DNA from: Octopus sinensis | Taxonomy: Eukaryota | Direction of reading: 5' to 3' | DNA length: 64,000 nucleotides | NCBI RefSeq assembly: GCF_006345805.1 | Contig: NC_043006.1 | Coordinates: 39,308,001-39,372,000 of the forward strand | Shown: positions 40,091 through 51,599 of the stretch, in pieces | Position numbering within the stretch: position 1 is the first letter of the stretch | Layout of the letters: each line of letters opens with the position of its first letter | Program-made: the position numbers and the translations under genes | The notes under the pieces: generated by a model | What the model saw: only the letters and a program-made list of their open reading frames with translations | Told to the model about the DNA's origin: nothing | Databases searched by the model: none

Positions 40091-40835
40091 TTACCATTCT
40101 ATGCGCATATTTTAGTCATTCCTTCGAGTCTTATGAATAAATTGATTTCCAGATCTTTCTATTCGAAGCGCTCATTTTAATATCCGTTCCCTAAATAAGT
40201 TCGATGCTGGAACGTCTCACCGCCACCCCTCAAGCACATTACCAAACCCACACGTTCTTCTCTTCCTCCTCCTGCTTCTTCTTCTTCTCCTTCTTCTTCT
40301 TCTTGCTGTTGTTATTGTTATCCTTCTTATCTTCCTTTTCATCATCTTCTTCCCATCTTCTTCTCATTCCCCTCTTCTCTCTTCATTTTCTTATCTCCCT
40401 CTTCTTCATCTTATCTTCTCTTTTTCTCTTCTTCATCTTCTTATCTTTCTCCCACCCCCACTGTATTCCTCCTACACCATCTGTATAATGTCTGTCGAAG
40501 CTGTATGCAACAAGCATACCACGCTGCTCAGTATTTCGTTCTTTATCGTAATTTTCAGTTAAAACATGTGTGACTATAAAATTCTTGCAGAAAGCTAATG
40601 AAGTTTGGAATTGAATGGAATTGAACTCTAGGAAGATCTGCAAATCACCTGGATTACGTCCAAAACATCCAACGTTCACTCACGAGATTGAACTACTCTC
40701 ATGCTAATAGCATCAGGATGATTAGGTATTTGTCATTCACTATCAGTTATGTTATGTGATTATTACTGGTCTGTAAAAATAGGCCACTTTTCAGATAAAT
40801 GCATCTCAGTTTGTAGCGTCTATTATTCTGGTCTC

Positions 40836-40881
40836 TGCTACTGAAGAGGAAATATTCACCCCGAAATGCATGCATCCAACA
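40836..40881 (+). ncRNA. Minimal type I hammerhead ribozyme motif, unit 1 of a tandem pair
   Basis: CTGAAGA(40841-47)-GG..CC-GAAA(40863-66)-TGCATGCA-TC; ATGCATGCAT is a palindrome; predicted cleavage after C40876; stem I imperfect. Confidence 0.7.
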
Positions 40882-41129
40882 GTCTGGCTAGGCGATGCAG
40901 TGCGCTGACTCGGTGTACTTACATCTATTTGCCAACAGCGAATATGCCTCACGGATATTTGAACTGGCAACAGGTTTGTATTTATATGCATCAATGCTTA
41001 ACGCTGTCAACCAGTATTTTCTTTACGGCGAGCCGCTGAATAGCACTACCAGTCATTGATCGATGACGGGTATGCCATAAGAGGGACCTGTCTCTTGTGT
41101 CAGTTCGTCTCGTCTAACTTTATGGTCTC

Positions 41130-41175
41130 TGCCGCTGAAGAGGAGGCAATCGCTCTGAAATGCATGTATCCGACA
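41130..41175 (+). ncRNA. Minimal type I hammerhead ribozyme motif, unit 2 of a tandem pair
   Basis: TGCCG-CTGAAGA(41135-41)-GGAG/GCAATCG/CTCT-GAAA-TGCATGTA-TC-CGACA; predicted cleavage after C41170. Confidence 0.75.
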
Positions 41176-41809
41176 ATCTGGTTAGAGTGCTCTGCGAATT
41201 CACTCCTTGTGTTTATACGTTTCTGCGTACAATACGAAATTTTCTCCATTACAAAATGCAGGGATTAGCTTTCTTACTGGTTCGAACATGCCTCAAGCAT
41301 ATTTGAATTGGTAACAACTCTAAATTTAAACACGTCACTGCAAAGTGCAGTCACCCGTATAGCAGAATATTATATACATATAACATTGTCAATGTTGTGT
41401 ACCATTTTTTTAATCTATTTTATTTTTTTTAAACTCTTTCAGTTATTGGACCGCAGCCATGCTGGAGCACTGCTTTAAAGTGTGTTTCATCGAATAAATC
41501 GTCCGCAGCACACATAAAAAAAAACATGTTTGTTTTAAATCTGTTTTGAGCTACCACTAAATACAGAGACAAAGAAATCAACACATGTCAAGCCATGGCC
41601 ATGGACAACAATCCACCCCACCAATATATGTCCGTCTACCAAATCCACATATAAGATCTTGTTTGGCTCAGAGCTAAAGAAGAAGGCACTTGTCGAGAGG
41701 GTTGTGCAACGGTACTGTACTCAAGACCACATCATTGGGAAACAAGCTTCTTAACTGCACAGTCATACCTGATCCTATTGTGTTGATTGCACGTTAGGGA
41801 AAACAGGAG

Positions 41810-42500
41810 ACGTGCTTCTCTATCAGTGGACATCGTCTATCAGTGCTGTGATGAAACATTGAAAAAATGTTGTGGAGGATAAGCCTAGGACTATTATTCG
41901 AGCCCTGGAAACGATCGGTGAAGTGAAAAAGATGGACGAATTTGTTCCACACGAATTAAATATTGTTTACAAGACGCGTCGTTTGGTAGTCTGTTCTTTA
42001 CTTCTTGCGCAAAACCACTGAAAAGAATAATCACCTGTCACGAAAAATGGGTCTTAATGACTACATTACGAGATCTTCGCTATGACTAGAATCGTCTTGA
42101 CATATTCCAAAGTCCCTTCTAAACCCCCTAAAGCTTATGGTTACACTTTAGTGATACTGTTAAGAGATCATCCATTATTCGTTTCTGCAGCCTGGAGAAA
42201 TAGTAACATCCCAATACAACTGAGAGCAAATTGAAAAAATAAATTCTAAATTTGCTGGGAAGTATTCGGCATTAATAAAGAGACAAGTGTCTATACTCTT
42301 GCATGACAATGCCAAATTCCATTCGCAAATGAGGCCAAAGCAAGGTTGCAGCCGCTTAATTATGGGAATATTCAATCATCCTCCACATTCTCCAAGCTTA
42401 TCATCTACAGATATCATTTATTTCACCACCTCAAGCTTATCGTCCCCGACAAAAAGTACGCAAGCAAGAAAGAAGTAATGGTAGCATTTGAACAGTTATA
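41810..42500 (+). pseudogene. Decayed mariner (DD34D) transposase
   Basis: GEVKKMDEFVPHELN, RIITCHEKWV, ILLHDNAK.H, HPPHSPSLSSTD; many frameshifts. Confidence 0.8.
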
Positions 42501-44702
42501 GTTTCAAAGAAGAATGATATTTTTCAAAGAAAAGGTGTTGTCTCCAAAGTTGCTGAGGCTAATGGAGTTATTTTGATTTATATATAATGATCTACAATAG
42601 CTTTTAAAATTATTCCTTTTTCCCATTTCATGTGATATAACCTAATACCAGTCAAGCATTGATTTAATATTCCTATAATGTCCTGTATGAGAATGGAGTT
42701 GTGATAGAAGACTAAAATGAAGAATCTACTCCTTTCACCAATGAAGGTTAGACTTCTAACCAAAGAAGAAATTAATGAGCTATTTCAAATATTGACTGAA
42801 ACCTCTTATATTAAACTCCGGCACATTGCTTTTGTGACATTCATCCTGTTCCTTTATACAAGATCATTAACGAAGATATTGAAGTGAAATAGTTAAAAGT
42901 ACAGTCGTGGATGAGAAACGGATAGTGAACCTTGATTACCAAAAGTTGACCTCTACGCTAGTGAGCTCGCCGAAAGCTGATCTCTGCTCTCCTGTTCTCG
43001 CATTTCTGCTCTATCAATATCATCATTAATTTATACTCGGCCAATATCATGACTTCGAGCATTATTCTTTAATCTTTACCATTGCCACATTACTAAGGAA
43101 TCTTTTGAAAGTTCTAAAGATTCTTCGAAAAACTGCCTCGAGTTCAGTGTGGTTTCAAACTTTTGAATTATCGCATTTCACAATCACTGTGATCTCCCAA
43201 GATTCCACACGAATTCTTCAACCAGACAGAAAATCTCTTCTTTTTTTTTTCTCTTTTGAGAAATTGGTTTGGTGTCTTTTCTACATTCCATTATTGCTGC
43301 AAGAATTAAAACAGATTGTTAGATTCTCTTCAACTTAACACAAACGTAAACTATTTATACCATTGTGATGATTCTGATGCTGGAATTTCAAAACGTGGCG
43401 ATTCTGCGATTAGACATCTTCTAAGGCATCGATCGAGTTTTGCTGGTACTTTTTGTAGCCACTTGGAAAACTGACATTTCTTAACGGTTTGATCTTGAAT
43501 TGGCTGTAGTCAAGGTTTGTAGGGGCCTTCAAGACATAGGTGTGTGTGATGAGCATATCTGATGTTCACCTTGACTAAGTTGAAAGTTGAGTATTGCAGG
43601 CGGTGACCCTGAATGGCTAATGACGCAAAATCAACGAAATACGCGGAGCAGAGGCAATTGTAATAAAATCAGATTGAGGTGTAGGCACATCTGTAGAGTG
43701 ACTGAAATGAACGGGATAGTCCTGCATTAGAACTGCGCTGCTACTACTGTATATGCTGTAGCTGTACAGTCCCAGGCGCTGAAGCAGTTTTCCTTCATGG
43801 GTCTCGCTTGAATATAGGATTAGTAATCGTCGCCGGCAGTATTTTCCCAACTGAAGAGCAAAGTCAGGTTTTGAGTGAAATAAATATTTTAAACGACTTT
43901 AAAAACGCATAGCATGTAAATTTCGGGTGCTACACAAATCTCCATGCTCCTTCTCTTCGGGTACTTTTCTGTTTATCGCTTAAAAGTCTATTATCATAAT
44001 GAATTCGCCAACATTCGCACAGCATCTCAATGGCAGAAAGCGGAGTGAATATATAAGATTTGGTTAAGCATCCAATGACTTGCTTCCTCTACATAGAAAT
44101 CCAAGTGAGGTAGAAGCGAGTTTTAAGAAAGTCATTTCGTACCTGATTAATATTGTCACTATATTAAAATACGTAGCGGCATTTTGTCCAACCTTACGTT
44201 CTGAGTTCAAATTCTGCCAAGGCCGACTTTGCCTTTCATTGTTTCGGGGGTCGATAAAATTAGTACCAGTTAAACACTAGGGTCAATGTAATCGATTTAG
44301 TCCTGCCCCCGAAATTGCTGGCTTTGTGCCAAAATTTGAAACCAATATTATCACTATATAGTTTGTCGGTGAGATGACAGAGTCGTCAGCGCGCTGGGCA
44401 AAAAACTTAGCGGAATTTCGCTCGTTTTTATGTTCTGTGTTGGCATATTTCCGAGGTGGACTTCGCCTTTTATCGTTTGGGGGTCGATGGAATAAGTAGC
44501 AGTTGAACACAGGTATAATGGTTGCAAATTTTGGAGCAAGGTCAGCAAAGTTTTAGAAGGCGGGGAAGAAATCGATTACATCAACTCCAGCATTAAACTG
44601 GAACTTATTTTATTCGGAAGAAATATCGTAAAACGGTTTTTCTGACACTCTAATAGTTTTGCAAGCTCGCAGCTTTCACTGAATATAGATAACTACTTCA
44701 GT

Positions 44703-45082
44703 GGAGGCACAATAGCCCAGTGGTTAGGGCAGCGGACTTGCGGTCATGGGATCGCGGCTTCGATTCCCAGACAGGGCAGTGTGAGTGTTTATTGAGCGAA
44801 TACACCTAAAGCTCCACGAGGCTCTGGTAGGGGGTAGTGGCGATCCCTGCTGTACTCTTTCACCACAACCTTTTCTCACTCTTTCTTCCTGTTTCTGGTC
44901 TGCCTGTATTTCAAAGGGCCAGCTTTGTCACACTCTGTGTGACGCTGAATCTCCCCGAGAACTGTGTTAAGGGTACGCGTGTCTGTGGAGTGCTCAGCCA
45001 CTTCCACGTTAATTTCACGAGCAGGCTGTTCCGTTGATCGAATCAACGGGAATCCTCGTCGTCGTAACCGACGGAGTGCTTC
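44703..45082 (+). mobile_element. SINE family A with about 13-bp TSD
   Basis: Match to 8465-8841; GATAACTACTTCA (44688-44700) versus GGTAACTATTTCA (45083-45095). Confidence 0.9.
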
Positions 45083-45354
45083 GGTAACTATTTCAAAATT
45101 TGGCACAAAATCAGAAATATTGAGGGGAGGGGAAGTATATTGCTTCAGCTCCAGTGCTCAATTAGGACTTTATTTTATCGACCCGCTAAAGGATGGATAA
45201 TAAAGTTGCCCGCGGTGGAATTTGAACTCAGAATGTAAAGAGCCGGAAGAAATACTGTAAAACATTTTTCGCACGTTCCAACAAATCTTCACATTCCAAC
45301 AAATCTTCACGTTCCAACAAATCTTCACAACAAATCTTCACGTTGCGTATATAT

Positions 45355-45720
45355 ATGCGTAGGAGTGGCTGTGAGGTAAGTGGCTTGCTTACCAACCACA
45401 TGGTTCCGGGTTCAGTCCCACTGCGTGGCACCTTGGGCAAGTATCTTATACTATAGCCTCGGGCCGACCAAAGCCTTGTGAGTGGATTTGGTAGACGGAA
45501 ACTGAAAGAAGCCCGTCGTATATATGTATATGTATGTGTGTATGTTTCTGTGTTTGTGTTTGTACCCGTCACTTAGCGGTTCGGCAAAAGAGGCCGATAG
45601 AATAAGTACTAGGCTAACAAAGAATAAGTCCTGGGGTCGATTTGGTCGACTAAAGGCGGTGCTCAAGCATGGCCGCAATCAAATGACTGAAACAAGTAAA
45701 AGAGTAAAGAGTAAATAGTA
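45355..45720 (+). mobile_element. SINE family B
   Basis: Near-consensus copy with tail CAGTCAAATGACTG-like hairpin region and AAAAGAGT repeats. Confidence 0.9.
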
Positions 45721-45740
45721 TACACACACACACACATACA

Positions 45741-45972
45741 CAGGGTGTTCGAAAAGTATCTCCGCAATGAATTTTCTGCATCCTGCTCATTACCATGGCG
45801 CTACTTCAAGAGTTTTTCGATGAACGGATAATTTCGAAGAGATTTCGGTCACCAAGATCACTTGATTTAACACCACCAGACTTTTTTCTGGGGTGCAAGT
45901 AAAGGATCAGTATACAAGAATCGCCCGAAAACCATTAAATGCTTACTGCGGAGAGACTTTTTGAACACCCTG
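45741..45972 (+). mobile_element. Tc1/mariner internal-deletion MITE
   Basis: TIRs CAGGGTGTTCGAAAAGTATCTCCGCA / TGCGGAGAGACTTTTTGAACACCCTG|TA; internal remnant DLTPPDFF.WG..K..VYKNRPKTI. Confidence 0.8.
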
Positions 45973-46721
45973 TATGAGGATGGCTATCGACTGCTCTTGT
46001 TGTTGTTGCTGTTGTTGATGTCTTCATGGTAACAATGTGTTGAAATCAAACGTATGTATAATACTGTGTGCACGTGTGTATATACGTGTGTGTGTGTGTG
46101 TGTATGTCTGTAGATATATCCTCTGCTGAACACGCATATTACATAATATGCAGATATTGCTTCAGGGAGAATTCGGTCCGGCTTTCTTTTTTTGTCTTTT
46201 CCGTTCACACGTTTCTCTGGTATGATTTTGGATACGTATGGAAATTCCGAAAATATTCTTTGGAAATTACAGACTTCTCTCAGGACAAAAATTACTAAAT
46301 AAATAAATAAATGAACAAACAACAACGATTATAGATGTCGATAATCCATAGCGCATTGAGACTTTTTCTCGTTCCTTTTTTCTAGAGCTTACGACACATA
46401 TTTCCATTAAGAGTGGGTATTGGATTAGGTTTGAAAGAATCCAAAGCACGGCCTGCCATGAACGATAGATGCAGCAGCCAAGCAAATTATACAGTTAGCT
46501 GGGATTGTGTATGATTTTTCATCCTGTTTTATTTCATATCACAATTGATGTATAATAGCGTCGAAGGCTGCAAATTTTACTGTTTACTGGTTTTCTCAAG
46601 GTCAGACCGACAAAGATTTGTCTGTAACTCGGAGCAGAGCAAGTATTACAGAGTACTCCTTTCAAAGAGTATCTGTTACATTTTTTTTATTTCTCACGAA
46701 GGTTATATTTCAGTGAAAGAT

Positions 46722-47135
46722 ATGCGCAGGAGTGGCTGTGTGGTAAGTAGATTGCTAACCAACCACATGGTTCCGGGTCCAGTCCCACTGCGTGGCATCT
46801 TGGGCAAGTGTCTTCTGCTATAGCCCCGGGCCGACCAATGCCTTGTGACTGGATTTGGTAGACGGAAACTGAAAGAAGCCTGTCGTATATATGCATATAT
46901 ATATATATGTGTGTGTGTGCGTGTTTGTGTGTCTGTTTGTCCCCCTAGCATTGCTTGACAACCGATGCTGGTGTGTTTACGTCCCCGTCACTTAGCGGTT
47001 CGGCAAAAGATACCGATAGAATAAGTACTGGGCTTACAAAGAATAAGTCCCGGGGTCGATTTGGTCGACTAAAGGCGGTGCTCCAGCATGGCCGCAGTCA
47101 AATGACTGGAACAAGTAAAAGAGTAAAGAGTAAAG
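46722..47135 (+). mobile_element. SINE family B (full length, young-looking)
   Basis: Complete head, internal (TA)(TG)n, tail GGCGGTGCTCCAGCATGGCCGCAGTCAAATGACTGGAACAAGTAAAAGAG. Confidence 0.92.
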
Positions 47136-47147
47136 AGTATATATCTC

Positions 47148-47790
47148 ATGTGTGGAATGTCTGAAATGTTTGCAATGTCCGGAAAGTTTGGAATGTCTAG
47201 AATGCCTGGAATGTCATATATGGAATGCCTGGCAAATTTGGAATGTGTGGAATGTGTGGAATGTCTGAAATACCTGAAATGTCTGGAATGTGTGGAATGT
47301 GTGGAATATCTGGAATGCCTGCAATGTCTGGAATGTCTGGAATGTGTCCGGACAGTGTGGAATGTGTGGAATGTGTGGAATGTGAGGAATGGCTGGAATG
47401 TCCGGAATGTCTGGAATGTGTGGAATATATGGAATGTCTGGAATGTGGGGAATGTCTGGAATGTCACGTCATGTCACGGAATATTAGGAATGTCATGTGT
47501 GGAATCTCTGGAATGTTTGGGATGTCTGGAAAGTTTGGAATCTCATTTAGTAAATGCCTGGAACGTCCGAAATATCTGGAATATCTGGAATGCCTGGAAT
47601 GTCTGGAATGTAATGTCTGGAATGTCTGGAATGCGTAGAATGCGTAGAATGTGTGGAATGTCAGGAATATCTGGAATGTCTGGAATGTCATATCTAGAAT
47701 GTCTCGAATATCTGGAATGCCTGGAATGTCTGGAATGACTAGAATGTCGGAAATGTCTGGAATGTGTGAATGTCTGGAACGCCTGGAATG
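47148..47790. repeat. 9-bp minisatellite (GGAATGTCT/GGAATGTGT)n
   Basis: Dozens of GGAAT(G/A)-based units; the ORFs here are repeat translations. Confidence 0.95.
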
Positions 47791-48062
47791 TCGTTAAATG
47801 ACGTCCAGTGAAGTTACATGACGTGACATTAAATGACGTTATATGAATTGGCATTAAATGACGCTAAATAACGCCCAACGAAGTTACATGATGTGGCGTT
47901 AAATTACGTTAAATGGCGTTTTAGGAGTTAACGTTATTTGACGTGTCGTTAAATTACGTTAAATGACGTGACATGTCGTGAAATGACGTTGGATGGTGTA
48001 ACGTTAAATGACGTTAAGTGAGGTTAAATTCGTTAAATGCCTTGACGTTAAATGACTTTAAA
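47791..48062. repeat. About 10-bp degenerate minisatellite (TTAAATGACG)n
   Basis: Recurrent TTAAATGACGT / TTAAATTACG / ACATGACGTG units. Confidence 0.85.
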
Positions 48063-48255
48063 TCTGACGACCTAATATATGGTGGGTTGGGAAAGAGTGG
48101 AGCTACAAAATATCAATAGGAAACTACGATAAAATTTTGCGTCCAAAACACAGCACAAAGTGCAGAAATATTTATAAACAAAACATTCAAACACTAAGAT
48201 TTGAAATAATACACACACACATACACACACAGACATACACACACACACAGACATA

Positions 48256-48480
48256 CGCGAGGGTGCTGAAAACTTCCACGCTTTCGGTAAAAGAAAATAC
48301 AGGCGGAACAATTAATTATGATTTTGTTCAACATATTCCTCTCTCAAATTAACACGCTTATTGCTGCATCCCCTATAGGTTTTCTAAGCCCTATAAAAAA
48401 AAAAAGAACTCAGAAGGCTGGGCCTCTAACCGGGTTTTTCGCGTTGCCCTTAAAGTCAGGAACTTTTCAGGCCACCTTTT
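48256..48480. mobile_element. Mariner-like MITE
   Basis: Imperfect TIRs CGAGGGTGCTGAAAACTTCC / GGAACTTTTCAGGCCACC. Confidence 0.6.
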
Positions 48481-49239
48481 TGTTATATACATGTATGTGT
48501 GCGTGTCGGTGTGTGTGTGTGTGTGTGTGTGTTTGGTAATGGTTCATTCGGTAGAAGCCTCACCATCAATTTGTCTCAGACAAGAATCGAAACCGTTACG
48601 GCGTGGTTGCAGCGGAAATGTCTAAGCCACACCCCTATAGCTACACCGTTAAAGTTGTATAGCTACTGAAATATAGAATATGTGGCAGAGGTTTATGAGA
48701 AGCTCTGGATATTTCTCAATAAAACCTGCTCCAATGACCTATAGTTAAAGGTTAAGCAACGAATAGGAAATTAGTTTTTCAAATAAAAATGTTAAAAAAA
48801 AATTTAACAAATAAAAAATAACTTTATCTTGATGAGTGGCAGCGTGATCACGTGACTGTGTACATTGGGTGTATGTGTGTATGCGAGTGGATGTACATAG
48901 GTATGGATGTGTGTATGCGTGCGTGTATGTATGTGTGTGTATGTATATACATGTATGTGGAAAGGAAATATCAATTATCTAAGCGCATCTATTTCTTATA
49001 AACTTAGGCCTAGTTTGAAAATGTTCCAGAATAATCGGGAATAAAAATCGAAGTCAAAATATAATAACACGTTTACACACACATATAAACCAACATGCAC
49101 ACATCCACACACGCACACATGAAAAGGTAAATAAACCAAAAACATTAAGAGATAGAAACATATAGTCACACACTATATATCTCTTTCGTTCTCTCTTACA
49201 TCCATACACACATGCATGCAAGCGAACACACACACACAC

Positions 49240-49278
<39 letters not shown>

Positions 49279-49575
49279 CCCTCCCTCATACTGATGCAAT
49301 CATAAACAATACTAAATTAAAAATAACTTGACTTAAACGCATTAAAATAGACGCATATTCACGCGCGTATGTGTTTGTCTGTGTATGTATGTATCCTTTA
49401 CCTTTTCCTTGTTTCAATCATTAGACAGCGGCCATGCTGGGGCATCACCTAAAAGAATTTTTAGTCGACTGAATCGACAGCTGGATTTTTTTAAAAGCCG
49501 GGTATATTATTCTATCGGGTATAAACAGAACAACACAGGTTGTCAAGTGGTAGCGGGAGATAAACACTGACACCC

Positions 49576-49616
<41 letters not shown>

Positions 49617-49781
49617 TCGACGGGATTCTTTCAGTTTCTGTCTACTTATTCCACTCACAAGGCTTTGTGCAGTCCCAGGCTATAGTAAAAGACACTTGCC
49701 CAAGTTGCCACGCAGTGGGACTGAACCTGAAACCATGTGTTGAAAAGCAAGCTACGTAACACACGGCCAAGCCTACTCTTG

Positions 49782-49898
<117 letters not shown>

Positions 49899-50498
49899 TG
49901 TATATTTAAAATAATAAGAGTGAAAAATTGAATATTAATTATATTAATATCAGTATATATATATATTGGGTTTGTTATCTCATTTTGTCTAATATATATA
50001 TATATATATAATATATATATATACAGGGTGGCCCAAAGTAGCTTTACAGTTAACGCGTAGGCACTTAAAATTTCTTTTAAAACATTTTATTACATTTAAA
50101 TTCCTAAATTGAAAATGGAGCTTGAGAAAATTAACTAAATTAGCATAGAATAATTGTCTCATATTTTTTTTTTATAATTAAGATGTAAACTTAATATATG
50201 AATGCGAAAGATATATATATATAACTTATAAAATAAGGGCAAAAGACAAATTTTAATGCCAAATATGCCGAAAAAAGACAAAATTGTCATTAACCATTAT
50301 AATTAATGCGTCTCGAAACAAGACGATAGAAATTTCTAAAAAGTTCCGTTATTACCGCATTGGTCCCAATTTCGGGGTTAATTCATAAGAACTTTCCCCA
50401 TTTTATAAGTTATTTATAATTTTAACCTTTAAAGGTATTGTTTGATATGCTGGCCATTGATAACATTTTTTTTTAGAAAAAAATTTTATCCTACATTA

Positions 50499-50554
<56 letters not shown>

Positions 50555-50569
50555 ATGTGAGGTATACTT

Positions 50570-50906
50570 GCCATCACAATATGGCTAACCACTAAGGGTG
50601 GGTGTTACTATAGCTTGTAGTCCCAGGAGAACATCGTCTCCAGTTGGCTTTAGGCATACTTTCTGTGCCCTTATGGTATTTGCAAAGGGAGGTAATCCTT
50701 CCCTCGTCAACCAAGTGATACGCACGGACTGCAGTTTCTAGGTTTTGACCTGTCATCAGCGTACGACAATCACCGGTTTTCGATGAAAGGGGTTCCAATG
50801 CAAATACTTATATCGTTTTTCCAGTAACTTTTCGTCACTGATTTCGAAAAACTGCATGCAAGCAATAATAAATCTCTGAACGAGCTATAAACAGTAACTG
50901 CACGAC
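50570..50906 (-). mobile_element. 337-bp hammerhead-containing insert with 16-bp flanking direct repeats (retrozyme-like)
   Basis: AATGTGAGGTATACTT (50554-50569) and AATGCGAGGTATACTT (50907-50922); 50570-50680 is homologous to the arm of the 23660 fold-back element. Confidence 0.75.
50722..50764 (-). ncRNA. Near-canonical minimal type I hammerhead ribozyme
   Basis: GTACG-CTGATGA-C-AGGT/CAAA/ACCT-A-GAAA-CTGCAG-TC-CGTGC: full core, 5-bp stem I, palindrome ACTGCAGT, GUC triplet; only the 10.1-11.1 pair (C.A) is mismatched. Confidence 0.85.
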
Positions 50907-50927
50907 AATGCGAGGTATACTTATATA

Positions 50928-50967
<40 letters not shown>

Positions 50968-51599
50968 GTCTAGGCATGCTGGAGTCTATGTGGATACTTG
51001 CTGCCGGCGACGCTCAAAGAAGCAGAAATCTAGATGCATCGGGTCGACCGCCGCTGTTTTACGCTTTTCGTCTGGTATTGATATGCTCTCTGGTGCTTTT
51101 TAGCATTCTAGGTGTATACGACATAGTAAATTCGTGTTGAGCAAGGTATGCAGAATACTATTTTGAACTAATACTAATTCTGTCGGTAATAAGCAAGATA
51201 TATGTATGTGTGTGTTTATATACACATATATATACGCACACAAACTCATATGGCGTGCATAATGGACTATCGTTAAGATTTCTACGCCAGAGACTCTAGT
51301 TTCTGCATTATGTGGACAACCGTTATATTGAAATCCAGAGATCCTTTCTCAGTATTCCATTTCGGTCGCTTGTTTTGTGATTTTATTTAGGCCTTTACGC
51401 AAATTTCATGGCCGCAGGTGAAGATAGGCTAGAAAACCGAACTGAAGATAGCAAGTTTGGCTTTTTGACCAACCACTCCTCTATTTATTCAGCCTTGAAG
51501 AATTTGGAGGCGAAGAGAGGGACTAGTCGATTATACTGACCCCAGTATGTAACTAGTACTCATGACATCGACCTCCGAAAACATGTTTAGTTTTTCTTT

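Noticed and set aside
43355-43470. Short frame with GISKRGDSAIRHLL, reminiscent of an IS110 transposase motif
   Set aside because: The frame closes within about 45 codons and has no other IS110 motifs; most likely chance.
45275-45343. Three to four copies of a 19-bp unit (TTCCAACAAATCTTCAC(A/G)), superficially CRISPR-like
   Set aside because: Units are contiguous with no unique spacers and no cas genes; a local tandem duplication in a eukaryotic SINE.
47148-47738. 196-aa Cys/Glu-rich ORF resembling a metal-binding repeat protein
   Set aside because: All frames are translations of the 9-bp GGAATGTCT unit; no splice or codon evidence.
50974-51146. Possible exon between a TCTAG acceptor and an AAG|GTATGC donor
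   Set aside because: Stops in all three frames and no recognisable protein similarity.
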